From Gammaproteobacteria bacterium (GTDB lineage: Bacteria > Pseudomonadota > Gammaproteobacteria > RBG-16-57-12), in NCBI GenBank assembly GCA_021647245.1, contig JAKIVC010000002.1:64184-128183 (forward strand): a stretch of 64,000 nt of DNA, given 5' to 3'. Made by a program: the position numbers and the translations under genes. This document shows positions 48,026 to 59,328 of this stretch, one piece after another. Each line of letters starts with the position of its first letter. Position 1 is the stretch's first letter. The notes under the pieces are model-generated. The model saw nothing but the letters and a program-made list of their open reading frames with translations. It was not told where the DNA came from and did no database searches.

Positions 48026-50527
48026 ATGACACTTCCTATCGATGCGGTACTGCCACAGCTACTTGAGCACCTCTCACAGCAGCCCAATGTGGTATTGCAG
48101 GCGGCACCGGGGGCAGGAAAAACCACCCGTGTGCCGCTGGCGCTGATCGGTGAGCCTTGGCTCCGCCAACAGAAAATAATTATGCTGGAACCCCGTCGTC
48201 TAGCGGCGCGCAATGCGGCCATCTATATGGCCTCTCTGCTGGGCGAAAAGGTGGGAGAGACCATTGGTTATCGTACCCGCCTGGATAGCAAAATAGGCGC
48301 AACGACTCGCATTGAGGTGGTTACTGAGGGCATTTTGACGCGGTTGATTCAGCAAGACCCTGAGCTCACTGCTTATGGGTTAGTTATTTTTGATGAGTTT
48401 CATGAGCGTAGCCTGCATGCCGATCTGGGTCTGGCGCTTACTCTGGAGACACAAGCGGCGCTGCGGGATAACCTGAAAATAGTAGTTATGTCGGCCACTC
48501 TGGATGCTGAGCCGGTTGCAAAACTATTGGGCGATGCACCGATTATAACCAGTGAAGGGCGCTGTTACCCGGTAACGATCATCTATGGGCAGCGCCCTGA
48601 GTGGCGACACCTGATTGAGGTGGTGAGTCGAGCCATCCTTAATGCACTCACTGATGAGTCAGGTGACCTGCTGGTATTTCTGCCCGGTGCGGGAGAGATA
48701 CAGCGCGTCAAACAACAGCTCGAAGCGGCTGATCTGGCCACTCATATCACCATATGTCCGCTCTATGGTGATCTCCCCCGTGATGCTCAGGAGAGGGCGA
48801 TCTATCCCAGCACTGAGGGCGAGCGTAAGATTGTGCTCGCGACCTCCATCGCCGAAACTTCGCTCACTATTGAAGGGGTTCGCGTGGTGATTGATGCGGG
48901 TCTACAGCGCCAGCCAAAATTTAACCCGCAAAGTGGTTTGAGCCGCCTAGAGACCACGGCGGTAACGCGGGCCTCTGCAACGCAGCGTAGCGGTCGAGCG
49001 GGTCGTCTGGAGGCGGGTGTCTGCTACCGGCTCTGGAGTAAAGAGCAGCATGCGCGGCTGTTGGCGCATGGTCAGGCGGAGATTATGGAGGCTGACCTGG
49101 CTGGGCTAATGCTGGAGTTGGCACGCTGGGGCGTCAGTTGTCCTAAGCAGTTAAGCTGGCTGGAGGAGCCACCAGCTGCCGCGTGTGACCAAGCCCGGGA
49201 GCTGCTGCAACAGCTGGCCGCATTGGATGAAAAAGGACGTATTAGCCGACACGGCAGCGCAATGGCGCGTCTCGGTATGCACCCGCGCTTGGCACATATG
49301 GTGTTGATGGGTGAGCAGATAGGGCTCGGTAGCCTCGCTTGCGAGGTGGCGGCTCTGCTGGGTGAGCGGGATATTATCAAAGGTAGCTATCGTGATGCTG
49401 ATCTGCGCCAGCGTATTGAATTGCTACACAATAACCCGCGCTCATCGCAACTTAACCGGGGTGCGGTGCAGCGAGTGCAATTGACTGCCCGGCGCTGGCA
49501 GTGGCAACTAAAAACCGGCGAAGTGCAACAGCCCGCTAGCCATTGCGGGTTACTGCTGGCCTTCGCCTATCCCGATCGCATTGCGCAACGTCGAGGGGGC
49601 GTGGAGCCTCGTTATCGGCTGAGTAGCGGCAAAGGGGCTTGCTTTCAGGATCATCAAAGTATGAGTGACGCGCCTTATTTGGTGGTGGCAGAGCTGGGGA
49701 GCGCCGGACGGGAGTCGCATATCTACCTTGCAGCCCCTGTGGCACTCGCTGAGTTGGAGCAGCACCTGCCAGCCAGAATAGAGCCGCACACCTTTGTCGG
49801 TTGGGATAGTCGCAGTGAAAGTGTAGATGCCCGGCAGCAGCGAAAGCTGGGTGCGCTGATCATAGAGGAGCACCGGCTAAAAGAGGTGCCCGCCGCACAG
49901 CTGAGCCAGGGCTTGATCGATGCTGTTCGCCAAAAAGGGTTGCAAATATTGCCTTGGAATAGTGAGGTAGAAAACCTGCGTGCGCGGCTGATGTTGTTAC
50001 ACAACCATCAAACCCGCATGGCAGGTGACGAGGTGTGGCCGGATATGAGCAAACAGGCGCTGCTCGATAATATGGAGAGCTGGCTATCTCCCTATCTACC
50101 GGGGCTAAGCCGGCTTGCCCAGTTACAGAAGCTAAAGCTTAAAGAGATACTGATCAATCAACTCAGCTGGCAACAGCAACAACAGCTCGAGCGCGAAGCC
50201 CCTAGCCATATACAGATACCCAGCGGTTCACGGATTAAAATTGATTACAGCCAGTCGTCGCCAGTACTGGCCGCCCGCCTGCAAGAGCTGTTTGGTATGC
50301 TGGAAACGCCGCAGATTATGGGTGGAAAAATCAGACTCACCATCCACCTGCTCTCGCCAGCACAGCGTCCCATTCAAGTTACCCAGGATCTTGCCAGCTT
50401 CTGGGCCAATACCTACCAAGAGGTTAAAAAGGAGCTTAAGGGGCGCTACCCCAAACACTACTGGCCAGATGACCCCTACCAGGCAGAGGCGACTCGTCGG
50501 GTTCGTCCCCACCGCCCTGCGCGCTGA
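48026..50527 (+). CDS. hrpB: ATP-dependent RNA helicase HrpB.
   Basis: DEAH-box motifs AAPGAGKTT, DEFHER, SATL. 833 aa with an HrpB C-terminal domain. Confidence 0.92.
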   Translation: MTLPIDAVLPQLLEHLSQQPNVVLQAAPGAGKTTRVPLALIGEPWLRQQKIIMLEPRRLAARNAAIYMASLLGEKVGETIGYRTRLDSKIGATTRIEVVTEGILTRLIQQDPELTAYGLVIFDEFHERSLHADLGLALTLETQAALRDNLKIVVMSATLDAEPVAKLLGDAPIITSEGRCYPVTIIYGQRPEWRHLIEVVSRAILNALTDESGDLLVFLPGAGEIQRVKQQLEAADLATHITICPLYGDLPRDAQERAIYPSTEGERKIVLATSIAETSLTIEGVRVVIDAGLQRQPKFNPQSGLSRLETTAVTRASATQRSGRAGRLEAGVCYRLWSKEQHARLLAHGQAEIMEADLAGLMLELARWGVSCPKQLSWLEEPPAAACDQARELLQQLAALDEKGRISRHGSAMARLGMHPRLAHMVLMGEQIGLGSLACEVAALLGERDIIKGSYRDADLRQRIELLHNNPRSSQLNRGAVQRVQLTARRWQWQLKTGEVQQPASHCGLLLAFAYPDRIAQRRGGVEPRYRLSSGKGACFQDHQSMSDAPYLVVAELGSAGRESHIYLAAPVALAELEQHLPARIEPHTFVGWDSRSESVDARQQRKLGALIIEEHRLKEVPAAQLSQGLIDAVRQKGLQILPWNSEVENLRARLMLLHNHQTRMAGDEVWPDMSKQALLDNMESWLSPYLPGLSRLAQLQKLKLKEILINQLSWQQQQQLEREAPSHIQIPSGSRIKIDYSQSSPVLAARLQELFGMLETPQIMGGKIRLTIHLLSPAQRPIQVTQDLASFWANTYQEVKKELKGRYPKHYWPDDPYQAEATRRVRPHRPAR

Positions 50528-50553
50528 AGAGATTTTTTCAATAAACGGTTAAC

Positions 50554-50706
50554 TCTAGATAGAAGCGCGAGATGATGTGTAAGATACGGGTTTCACAGTG
50601 AAACTAAAAATATTAGTCGCACCCGCAGGTTCGGCGGCTATTTTTTGTTTTACTGTGAAATCAATGACTTGTACAGAATACGTGCTTCTATCTGGGGATT
50701 AGGGGT
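50554..50706 (-). repeat. Full-length copy of intergenic repeat family R1.
   Basis: See the 41453 copy. The ends are agatagaagcGcg and cgTgcttctatct, which are inverted. Confidence 0.65.
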
Positions 50707-50772
50707 TAACTCCAAACTGGCACTTAACAGATGTCTGTGTTAAAAAAAGCAACTAACTTTTTAGAGGATAAA

Positions 50773-51141
50773 ATGATGCGTAAATCAATTATTGCAATGG
50801 GTGCCCTGATCGCACTGACACTGGCCAGTGGCTCGGTGTTGGCAGCAGAGAAAAAGAGCGTTGAACAGGTTAATAAAAACAGCCAGGCGTTAAGTGGTCA
50901 GCAGGTTGAGCTGCGCGGTGAAGTAACCAAGGTCAATAACGGTATTATGCGCCGCAACTTCATACACATCAAAGATGGCACGGGTGCGGGTAACAGCGGT
51001 AGCCTGATCGTGACCAGCAAAGATACCGCGCAAGTGGGTCAGACAATAACAGTGGTGGGTACCGTTAAACTGGGTACCGACTTCGGCATGGGCTATACCT
51101 ATCCGCTACTGGTTGAGAATGCCACCATCACTGTCGAGTAA
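50773..51141 (+). CDS. Small secreted protein, possibly an OB-fold BOF/YgiW-like periplasmic protein.
   Basis: Signal peptide MMRKSIIAMGALIALTLASGSVLA. QQVELRGEVTKV...ITVVGTVKL resembles a BOF OB-fold. 123 aa from the internal start. Confidence 0.4.
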   Translation: MMRKSIIAMGALIALTLASGSVLAAEKKSVEQVNKNSQALSGQQVELRGEVTKVNNGIMRRNFIHIKDGTGAGNSGSLIVTSKDTAQVGQTITVVGTVKLGTDFGMGYTYPLLVENATITVE

Positions 51142-51155
51142 ACCGCCCTTCCACA

Positions 51156-53240
51156 TTAAACTTCGGCAAATTTAAGCCCCTTTCCAATCCAACGCTGAAT
51201 GAGTGGTTGGATGAGTTGGGGGTAGCGCCGTTGAATCAACTCACTGGCTGCTTCAACCTGTGGTAATAGCTGTTCATCACGTAGTAGGTCGGCGATTTGC
51301 AGGGTTATATCTCCAGTTTGGCGTGTGCCAAGCACGTCACCGGGGCCGCGTATCTCAAGGTCTCGGCGAGCGATGAGGAATCCATCGTTGGTTTCACGCA
51401 TTATGGAGAGGCGGGACTTTGCAAGCCGTGAGAGGGGGCTGTGGTACATCAGTAGGCAGCTGCTGCGGGTGGTACCACGACCTACCCGGCCTCGCAGCTG
51501 GTGTAGCTGCGCGAGACCTAGCCGCTCGGCGTTTTCAATGACCATCAGAGATGCATTGGGCACATCGACCCCCACTTCGATTACAGTGGTGGCCACTAAA
51601 AGGTCGATTTCAGCGCGTTTGAAAGCATCCATTACCTGTTTTTTCTCACTGGGTTTCATGCGCCCATGTACTAGCCCGATCCGCACCCCTGACAATAGGT
51701 TACGCAACTCAATCTCGGCATCCTCGGCCGCTTGACACTGCAATACTTCGGACTCTTCAATGAGCGTGCAGACCCAATAAACCTGTCGTCCGCTCTGGCA
51801 GGCAGAGTAGATGCGTTGAATGACCTCAGGGCGACGACTGTTGGGTACCACTACGGTCTCCACAGGGCTACGCCCGGGGGGTAGTTCATCGATGGTGGAA
51901 CAGTCGAGGTCGGCGAATACCGACATGGCGAGGGTGCGAGGAATTGGTGTGGCAGTCATGATCAGCTGGTGAGGTACCCGATTATCAGCGGCTCCTTTCT
52001 CCTTGAGCGCCAACCGTTGATGGACACCAAAACGGTGCTGTTCATCAATAATAACTAACCCTAAGCGTGCAAACTCAACGCCCTGTTGAAAAAGTGCGTG
52101 AGTACCCACGATCATTTGTGCCTCACCAGATTCTAAGTCTGATAGCACCCCCTGACGCTGTTTTCCCTTTAATTTTCCCGCCAGTAAGGTGACTTGCAGG
52201 TCGAGGGGCGTTAGCCACTCACTAAAGTTGCGGTAGTGCTGCTCTGCCAGTAGCTCGGTGGGTGCCATTAAAACGGCTTGGTGGCCGGCTTCAATTGCGC
52301 TAAGGGCGGCCATCGCTGCGACCACTGTTTTACCCGAGCCGACATCACCCTGCACCAGTCGCTGCATCGGATAGGGTTGGCTTAGATCCTGGTTAATCTC
52401 ACCGATGACACGTTGTTGCGCACCCGTCAGCTGGTAAGGGAGGCGCTGTGTGAATGTTTTTCGGAGTGCACCGTTGCCGTTAAGAGGAGGCCCCCCTTGT
52501 TGTCTGACGTGGCGGTGAAGTTCGCGCAGTGAGAGCTGGTGGGCCAGTAGCTCCTCAAATGCGAGGCGTTGCTGAGCGGGATGAGTCCCCGCTTCTAATT
52601 CGGCTTGTGAAACCTCGGGTGGCGGGTAGTGGATAAACTGTATCGCCTCAGCTGTTGTGGGGTAGTGATGCGCTGATCGCGTCTCGGCGGGGAGCAGTTC
52701 GCTGAGACTCTCCGCACTGTTTTCCAGCAACACCAGTGCCTGTGTAACCAGTTTTCGCAGGGTCGGTTGTTGCAGCCCTTCTGTGGCTGGGTAGATAGGC
52801 GTGAGGGCGTCGTCGAGGGTCTCAGTGAGGCGGTTGCTGTTGATTAATTTTATTTCGGGGTGGATGATTTCAAGCGTTGCTCCGCCCCCACGAATTTCAC
52901 CAAAACAACGCACGCGCTGTCCCTGACTAAGGCGGTTTTGCTGTCCACTATTGAAGTAGAAAAAACGTAGCGTTAACAAGCCGCTGCCATCACTGATGCG
53001 TGATAGAAGCATGCGTCGCCTGCCCATTTTGATCTCGGTGTGTTGAACATCGCCCTCAACCATCACATTGTCGCCAGGGCGTAGCGTGCCGATGGGGGTG
53101 ATGCGGGTACGGTCTTGGTAGCGGGCGGGGAGGTGAAACAGCAGATCACGAACGGAGTGAATACCGAGTTTGGCCAGCTTCGCTTCCATGCGAGGGCCGA
53201 CCCCTTTTAAGAGGGTGGTTGGCTGGCTATCCAGTGCCAT
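51156..53240 (-). CDS. recG: ATP-dependent DNA helicase RecG.
   Basis: Wedge domain, helicase motifs GDVGSGKT and DEQHRFG. 694 aa. Confidence 0.95.
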   Translation of the reverse strand: MALDSQPTTLLKGVGPRMEAKLAKLGIHSVRDLLFHLPARYQDRTRITPIGTLRPGDNVMVEGDVQHTEIKMGRRRMLLSRISDGSGLLTLRFFYFNSGQQNRLSQGQRVRCFGEIRGGGATLEIIHPEIKLINSNRLTETLDDALTPIYPATEGLQQPTLRKLVTQALVLLENSAESLSELLPAETRSAHHYPTTAEAIQFIHYPPPEVSQAELEAGTHPAQQRLAFEELLAHQLSLRELHRHVRQQGGPPLNGNGALRKTFTQRLPYQLTGAQQRVIGEINQDLSQPYPMQRLVQGDVGSGKTVVAAMAALSAIEAGHQAVLMAPTELLAEQHYRNFSEWLTPLDLQVTLLAGKLKGKQRQGVLSDLESGEAQMIVGTHALFQQGVEFARLGLVIIDEQHRFGVHQRLALKEKGAADNRVPHQLIMTATPIPRTLAMSVFADLDCSTIDELPPGRSPVETVVVPNSRRPEVIQRIYSACQSGRQVYWVCTLIEESEVLQCQAAEDAEIELRNLLSGVRIGLVHGRMKPSEKKQVMDAFKRAEIDLLVATTVIEVGVDVPNASLMVIENAERLGLAQLHQLRGRVGRGTTRSSCLLMYHSPLSRLAKSRLSIMRETNDGFLIARRDLEIRGPGDVLGTRQTGDITLQIADLLRDEQLLPQVEAASELIQRRYPQLIQPLIQRWIGKGLKFAEV

Positions 53241-53254
53241 GCTGTCTCCTGAAA

Positions 53255-53638
53255 TTAGTTTTGCAGTATGAGTATGCCATCCATTTCCACCTCGGCATCA
53301 CGGGGTAGTTGAGCAACACCAACCGCAGCACGAGCCGGGTAGGGCTGTGTGAAGTACTCTTCCATCACTTCATTAACCGCAGCAAAATTAGCGAGGTCGG
53401 TCAGGAAAATATTGAGTTTGACTACATCGGAAAAGCGCCCGCCCGAGGCTTCGATAACCGCTTGCAGGTTTTTAAATACTTGGTGGATCTGCGCTTTGAT
53501 GTCACCTTCAATCATCTGCATGCTGTCAGGCAGCAGCGGTATCTGGCCTGACAAATAGACCGTATTGCCAACTTTTACCGCTTGAGAATAGGTACCAATT
53601 GCTTTGGGTGCATTGTCGGTGTGGATGATCTGTTTCAT
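53255..53638 (-). CDS. ridA: RidA family reactive enamine/imine deaminase.
   Basis: [21 protein letters not shown]... YjgF/RidA signature. The start was set at the internal Met. Confidence 0.85.
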   Translation of the reverse strand: MKQIIHTDNAPKAIGTYSQAVKVGNTVYLSGQIPLLPDSMQMIEGDIKAQIHQVFKNLQAVIEASGGRFSDVVKLNIFLTDLANFAAVNEVMEEYFTQPYPARAAVGVAQLPRDAEVEMDGILILQN

Positions 53639-53664
53639 TCTGTTTCTCAGTGTCGTTAATAGGT

Positions 53665-55773
53665 TCACCCACGGGTGCGGGTGATTTTTGCCACATTGGG
53701 TAGTGCGCGCAACTTGCGGATAATCGCGGCCAAGTGGATTCGGCTGCGCACGGTAATGGTGTAGAGGGTGGAGTGATGGGTACCATCATGTTCGGCGGTA
53801 TAGACCTTTTCGATGTTGGACTCCTGCGAGGCAATGGCCGACGCAACCGTCGCCATTACGCCACGGCGATTGAGCGCATCGACGCGAATGCTTACGGCAA
53901 ACTCCCCCTCTACGCTGCTATCCCACTGAACATCCAGGCTCTGTTCCGGGCGGTTGCGGAACTCAGCAGTATTGTTGCAAGATTCGGTGTGAATGACGAT
54001 ACCCCGCCCAATACTGATATGACCACAAATGGGGTCTCCAGGAATGGGGTGACAGCACTTTGCAAAGGTTACCACCATCCCTTCGGTGCCACGGATCGCG
54101 AGTGGCCGGGTGAGTCCATTGGTGTCACCTTCAGGCTGCTGATCCGCAATCAGCTGACGTGCGGTGATAAGGGCAACACGCTGACCCAAGCCAATGTCAA
54201 CCAGTAGGTCGTCAAGCGACTGACACGCTTGCTCCTCCAGGTAACGCTGCACGGATTGTTCGGAAACTTGCTCAATCGAGCTGGAAAAAGCGCCAAGCGT
54301 TTTATTGAGCAGGCGCTTGCCCAGCGCCAGTGCCTCATCATATTGCAGGTTTTTAAGTGCGGAACGAATGCTGGTACGCGCCTTTCCGGTAACGGCAAAA
54401 TCGAGCCACACAGGGTTGGGGTGTGAGTTTTTGGTGGTGATAATCTCTACGGTTTGACCATTTTGTAACCGGGTGCTGAGCGGCACCAGTTTGCGGTCTA
54501 TTTTGGCGGCAACGCAGCGATCACCAACAGCGGTATGTACGGCATAGGCAAAGTCAACGGTGGTGGCACGCCGTGGCAGCTCCATGATCTCCCCTTTGGG
54601 GGTGAAGACATAGACCTCATCCGGAAAGAGGTCGATTTTGACATTTTCAAGGAACTCTAATGAGTCACCCACGCTATTTTGAATATCCAGCAGCTCCCGC
54701 AGCCACTCCTGTGCCCGCACCTGGCTACCCGACTCACTGGCATCCGATTTATAGAGCCAATGGGCGGCAATGCCCGCCTCAGCCACTTCATCCATGCTGG
54801 TGGTTCTGATCTGAATTTCGATGGGCACACCGAACGGGCCAAAAAGAATGGTATGCAGGGATTGGTAGCCATTGGTTTTGGAGATGGCGATATAGTCTTT
54901 GAACTTTCCGGGCACCGGCTTATAAAGATTGTGCATGGTACCGAGAATGCGGTAGCAGCTATCCACACTATCCACCACAATACGAAAAGCATAGACATCC
55001 ATCACTTCAGAGAAGTTGAGATGGTTGCGTTTCATTTTCTGGTAGAGGCTGTAGATGTGTTTTTCGCGGCCAAAAACCTGGCATGGGATGCCCTCCTGAT
55101 CAAGACGCTCCTTAATTGCCGTTTCAATTCTCTGGAGTATCTCCTTGCGGTTTCCCCGTGCGTTGAGTACCGCTTTTTTAAGCACCTTATAGCGGTTTGG
55201 GTAGTAGGCTAAAAAGCCAAGGTCTTCCAGGTTAAGTCGCAACTGGTTCATACCCAGTCGGCTGGCGATAGGTACATAGATTTCGAGGGTTTCACGGGCG
55301 ATACGGCGGCACTTGTCTGGTCGCATGACACCCAGGGTGCTCATGTTGTGTAGGCGATCTGCCAGCTTGATCAGGATAACGCGAATATCCTTGACCATGG
55401 CCAAAATCATTTTACGAAAATTGGCCGCCTGGGCCTCCACTTTGCTTTCAAAGTGGATGTGGGTCAGCTTGGAGACACCATCCACTAGCTCGGCAACTTC
55501 GTTGCCAAACTCAGTTTCTAGTTGTGCCTTATCAACACCGGTATCTTCGATAACATCGTGCAGAATGGCCGCCATGAGCGAGCGATAATCCATGCGCATT
55601 TCGGCAAGAATAGTGGCCACTGCAAGCGGATGGGTAATGTAGGGCTCGCCGCTTTTACGGTATTGCCCTTCATGGGATTCGGCGCTAAACACATAGGCGC
55701 GATAAACCTCGGTGATCTGGTACGGCTCAAGATACTCTTCGAGCTGCTGGCATAATGTGCTGATGCTGGACAT
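53665..55773 (-). CDS. spoT: Bifunctional (p)ppGpp synthetase/hydrolase SpoT/Rel.
   Basis: HD domain ([12 protein letters not shown]), RelA/SpoT synthetase domain, TGS and ACT domains. 702 aa. Confidence 0.95.
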   Translation of the reverse strand: MSSISTLCQQLEEYLEPYQITEVYRAYVFSAESHEGQYRKSGEPYITHPLAVATILAEMRMDYRSLMAAILHDVIEDTGVDKAQLETEFGNEVAELVDGVSKLTHIHFESKVEAQAANFRKMILAMVKDIRVILIKLADRLHNMSTLGVMRPDKCRRIARETLEIYVPIASRLGMNQLRLNLEDLGFLAYYPNRYKVLKKAVLNARGNRKEILQRIETAIKERLDQEGIPCQVFGREKHIYSLYQKMKRNHLNFSEVMDVYAFRIVVDSVDSCYRILGTMHNLYKPVPGKFKDYIAISKTNGYQSLHTILFGPFGVPIEIQIRTTSMDEVAEAGIAAHWLYKSDASESGSQVRAQEWLRELLDIQNSVGDSLEFLENVKIDLFPDEVYVFTPKGEIMELPRRATTVDFAYAVHTAVGDRCVAAKIDRKLVPLSTRLQNGQTVEIITTKNSHPNPVWLDFAVTGKARTSIRSALKNLQYDEALALGKRLLNKTLGAFSSSIEQVSEQSVQRYLEEQACQSLDDLLVDIGLGQRVALITARQLIADQQPEGDTNGLTRPLAIRGTEGMVVTFAKCCHPIPGDPICGHISIGRGIVIHTESCNNTAEFRNRPEQSLDVQWDSSVEGEFAVSIRVDALNRRGVMATVASAIASQESNIEKVYTAEHDGTHHSTLYTITVRSRIHLAAIIRKLRALPNVAKITRTRG

Positions 55774-55797
55774 TGGAGGTAAATATCGAGGCTAAGC

Positions 55798-56061
55798 TTA
55801 AAGTTCTTGCTGTAGCTCTTCGTCACTTACTTTTGACTCGAGGGCATGCTCTTTGGCAATAACCCCTTCGAGCATTTCACGCTGGTCGATTTTACCCGCA
55901 GCAATCTCACGCAGTGCAACCACGGTGGGTTTGTCATTTTCCCACTCAACCAATGGTTCTTTGCCATTGCTGATTTGGCGCGCACGCTTTGCGGCCACTA
56001 ATACTAAATTGAAGCGGTTGTCCACGTGGTCAAGACAATCTTCTACTGTGATGCGAGCCAT
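55798..56061 (-). CDS. rpoZ: DNA-directed RNA polymerase subunit omega. The start was set at the internal MARITVED.
   Basis: [30 protein letters not shown] is the RpoZ signature. The ORF-track upstream extension is not conserved. Confidence 0.88.
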   Translation of the reverse strand: MARITVEDCLDHVDNRFNLVLVAAKRARQISNGKEPLVEWENDKPTVVALREIAAGKIDQREMLEGVIAKEHALESKVSDEELQQEL

Positions 56062-56122
56062 TTGCGTTACCTTGTGTTGTTCGATTGACGAAAAGGAGTC
56101 GATTCTACTTAATTTGTATGTA

Positions 56123-56758
56123 CTATGACAATAAATTGTCCAATAATTGTTCATTGCGCTGTTGTTGGGGCAGCATGCGTAGCCGCTGGCTGAGGATTAC
56201 AGTGCGTAGCTCTGCAAGCGCGGTATTGAAATCATCATTGATAATGAGATAGTCAAACTCACTATAGTGCGTAATCTCGTTAATAGCGTCACGCATACGA
56301 CGTGCAATGATCTCATCGCTATCTTGTCCGCGCCCCTTGAGTCGCTTCTCCAGCGCTTGCCGAGAGGGGGGTAGAATGAAAATTGAGAGGCACTCCGGCA
56401 TCATCTTGCGAACCTGTTGCGCCCCTTGCCAATCTATCTCAAGAATGACATCAACACCCTTATTCTGCTGTTTTGTCACCCAGTCACCACAGGTTCCGTA
56501 GTGGTTATCAAAAACCTGGGCATGTTCCAAAAAGGTGGCTCGGCCAACCATCTCTTGGAAGGTATTGCTGTCGACAAAGTTATAGTGCACCCCGTTGATT
56601 TCACCAGGTCGAGCATCCCGGGTGGTGTGTGAGACGGAGACCTTAATATCATCACAGGACTCAATTAGCGCCTTCACAAGTGAGGTTTTACCCGCACCAG
56701 AGGGTGCTGAAATAACAAAAAGAGTGCCTCGGGCGGTGTTTGGAGTGATATCTGCCAT
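56123..56758 (-). CDS. gmk: Guanylate kinase.
   Basis: [22 protein letters not shown]-loop. 211 aa. It is upstream of rpoZ-spoT as in E. coli. Confidence 0.93.
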   Translation of the reverse strand: MADITPNTARGTLFVISAPSGAGKTSLVKALIESCDDIKVSVSHTTRDARPGEINGVHYNFVDSNTFQEMVGRATFLEHAQVFDNHYGTCGDWVTKQQNKGVDVILEIDWQGAQQVRKMMPECLSIFILPPSRQALEKRLKGRGQDSDEIIARRMRDAINEITHYSEFDYLIINDDFNTALAELRTVILSQRLRMLPQQQRNEQLLDNLLS

Positions 56759-56836
56759 AGTGATGTTGTTCTCAATGGTTGCTTGTGTTTGACGCAGCCC
56801 CCGGCTGCTCAGTGCGTGTCCTGCTTCAATGAATAG

Positions 56837-57910
56837 CTAAAACAGCTCAATTTCAGACTCGACAACTTCTGGTGTGGAGACCTTTAAGAGGCCTTGCGCG
56901 ACCAGCTCGGTATGAAAGCAGACGCGGTTTCGGCCATTATCTTTGGCGTAGTAGAGCGCATCATCCGCATGCCCCAAAACAATCGCTGAAATGCCTTGGT
57001 CTGCTATCTCCACGTAGCCAATACTGACGGTGACAGAGCCAATTTGCGGGAAGTCATAGTTTTCCATGGTTGCGCGAAAACGCTCGAGTGCGGCGGCGGC
57101 TCCTTTTTGGCTGGTAGCACGAAGTAGCACCACGAACTCTTCACCACCAAACCGAAATAGTTTGTCGTAGCTGCGAAAAGTGCTTCGCATAATATTGGCC
57201 AGTAGCAGTAATACCTCATCACCGTAGAGGTGGCCATACTGGTCATTTATTTTCTTGAAAAAATCGATATCAATGACCGCTAGCCAGTTACCCACACTCT
57301 CTTCATTGCAATGGCGTCGCTGCGGATGTTGGCTCTCCTCTCTGTCCTGGTCATTGGGGTGCTTCCATTCACCCAGGATGCGTTCAAGGTCGCGGTCAAA
57401 GGTGCGACGATTGAGTAATCCGGTCAAGGTGTCATGTTCACTATCATCGAGCAGGCAGGCGTAGTTACGATAAATCTGGAAATAACCTGTTAGCAGTTTT
57501 TTATGGGTACTTTTTGAGAGACCTTCCCCACAGATAACAAATGAACTAATGATCACGCCCGCACGATTGGTGAGGGGATAAACATAGGTATCCGGCTGCT
57601 CTTTAGTGCTCTCAACAAACACCGGCTCTCTGCTCTCAATACACTGGCTGAGGCCGGTGATTTGGTGTATGAGGAATTGTGAGGAGGGTGTGCAAGGGTC
57701 GTGGAAGGTTAAATTGCCATCTGTTATATCGGTTGTGATAAGACAGCGTTGCTCACCATATTCTGAAATGATTTTATAGAGTGAAATTCTTTTTAATTTT
57801 AATAGCTCAAAGAGTGTGCTCATCAAGCTTGCTTCAAGCAGCTCGCGATCTGCCTGAGTCGTGACATGAGCAATGGACTCTATTATTTTGTCTGCGGTAT
57901 ATTCCGACAT
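56837..57910 (-). CDS. GGDEF-domain diguanylate cyclase with an uncharacterised N-terminal sensor region. The start is uncertain (57943 or 57910).
   Basis: GLLNRRTFDRDLE...RFGGEEFVVLL GGDEF motif in the C-terminal half. The N-terminal ~170 aa have no obvious motif. Confidence 0.8.
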   Translation of the reverse strand: MSEYTADKIIESIAHVTTQADRELLEASLMSTLFELLKLKRISLYKIISEYGEQRCLITTDITDGNLTFHDPCTPSSQFLIHQITGLSQCIESREPVFVESTKEQPDTYVYPLTNRAGVIISSFVICGEGLSKSTHKKLLTGYFQIYRNYACLLDDSEHDTLTGLLNRRTFDRDLERILGEWKHPNDQDREESQHPQRRHCNEESVGNWLAVIDIDFFKKINDQYGHLYGDEVLLLLANIMRSTFRSYDKLFRFGGEEFVVLLRATSQKGAAAALERFRATMENYDFPQIGSVTVSIGYVEIADQGISAIVLGHADDALYYAKDNGRNRVCFHTELVAQGLLKVSTPEVVESEIELF

Positions 57911-57927
57911 GTGACCCTCATCTCTGT

Positions 57928-58740
57928 TCAGCATGGTGTACAAGGCAGGCTAAAGAGTGCCCGATCTTCAATACGCAGTGCTGTCAGGCTTCCGCCCCAT
58001 AAGCAGCCGCTATCCAATGAAATAACATTACTACCCTGATGTATGCCCAGCGTTGACCAGTGCCCAAATAGGATCGTGAACTCGCGGCTGTTTCGTGCCG
58101 GGTGCTCAAACCAGGGTAGGGCTCCGGTGGGTTGTGTGCCGGGGGCTCCTTTGGGTTTCATGAGGTAGTGCCCCTCGTTATCACAATAACGCAGCCGGGT
58201 GAATGTGTTAGCGATAAAGCGCAATCGATCCCATCCCGTCAGCTTTTCAGACCACTTATCGGGCCGGTTGCCATACATGTTATCAAAAAAAAGCTTATAC
58301 CGGTCACTCTTTATCATGTTGCTCAGTTCATCCGCGCAGCTTAGAGTGGTGGCCAAGTCCCATTGCGGGCAAACACCCGCATGTACCATAAGGGTATTAT
58401 ATTTTTGATTGTAGTGCGCGACGGGTTTTTTTCTGAGCCACTTCATCAATTTTTTACAATCATCTGCTTGAAAAATGGGGTAGAGAGAATTATCTGGATC
58501 AGGGGTTGTACCCTGATAATAGCGCGCCAGCAGATGAAGGTCGTGGTTGCCCAACACGGTGATGGCACGCTTCCCTAAGGCACGTACGTAACGCAGCACT
58601 TCAAGGGATTTCGGTCCTCGGTTAACAAGGTCTCCACAGAACCATAGGGTGTCCTGGCTCTGATCAAACTTGATTAGCGCCAACAGCGCCTGAAGCTCAT
58701 CAAAACAGCCTTGTATGTCGCCGATTGCGTAGGTTGCCAT
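57928..58740 (-). CDS. apaH: Bis(5'-nucleosyl)-tetraphosphatase, symmetrical.
   Basis: MATYAIGDIQGC...CGDLVNRGP...GNHDLHLL metallophosphatase motifs. 270 aa. Confidence 0.92.
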   Translation of the reverse strand: MATYAIGDIQGCFDELQALLALIKFDQSQDTLWFCGDLVNRGPKSLEVLRYVRALGKRAITVLGNHDLHLLARYYQGTTPDPDNSLYPIFQADDCKKLMKWLRKKPVAHYNQKYNTLMVHAGVCPQWDLATTLSCADELSNMIKSDRYKLFFDNMYGNRPDKWSEKLTGWDRLRFIANTFTRLRYCDNEGHYLMKPKGAPGTQPTGALPWFEHPARNSREFTILFGHWSTLGIHQGSNVISLDSGCLWGGSLTALRIEDRALFSLPCTPC

Positions 58741-58789
58741 AATTTAATTCAAAACTATCCGAAAATGTAGTATCTCGACTAGTTTAACG

Positions 58790-59230
58790 CTATTTTGCCT
58801 GTAACCAAAAGGTAACCGGGCCATTGTTGGTCAGTGAGACCTGCATATCCGCCGCAAATTCTCCTGCTGCAACGTCTGGGTGTTGTTGCTGAGCTTGCTG
58901 TACAAAGTAGTGGTAGAGGCGTGCCCCTTGATCGGCTGCGGCTGCGGGCGTGAGGCTGGGTCGAGTTCCCTTGCGGGTATCTGCGGGCAGGGTGAATTGC
59001 GGCACCAGCAATAGACCGCCATTGACCTGTTGCAGGCTAAGGTTCATTTTCTTTTCGTCATCCTCAAATACTCGGTAACTGAGCAGGCGTTGCAGTAGTC
59101 GGTCTGCGCTACTTTCATGATCGCCTCTCTCAATGCCGAGTAGCACCAGCAGGCCGTGCTCTATTTGCCCAACCACCTCACTATTAACCTCTACTTTTGC
59201 GTAGCTAACACGCTGTAATAGCCCAATCAT
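58790..59230 (-). CDS. dtd: D-aminoacyl-tRNA deacylase.
   Basis: MIGLLQRVSYAKVEV...SQFTL...FAADMQVSLTNNGPVTFWL is a near-complete family match. 146 aa. Confidence 0.92.
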   Translation of the reverse strand: MIGLLQRVSYAKVEVNSEVVGQIEHGLLVLLGIERGDHESSADRLLQRLLSYRVFEDDEKKMNLSLQQVNGGLLLVPQFTLPADTRKGTRPSLTPAAAADQGARLYHYFVQQAQQQHPDVAAGEFAADMQVSLTNNGPVTFWLQAK

Positions 59231-59269
59231 GGTTATTTATCCTTGGATTATTGGCGATGTGCAGGCATA

Positions 59270-59312
59270 AAAAAACACCCGCCACCCAGATGATAACATC
59301 GGGTGGCGGGTG
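59270..59312 (-). terminator. Rho-independent terminator downstream of typA (minus strand).
   Basis: On the minus strand: cacccgccaccc-gatgttatcatct-gggtggcgggtg followed by TTTTTTT. Confidence 0.8.
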
Positions 59313-59328
59313 CTTTCAGGTGAGCAGC

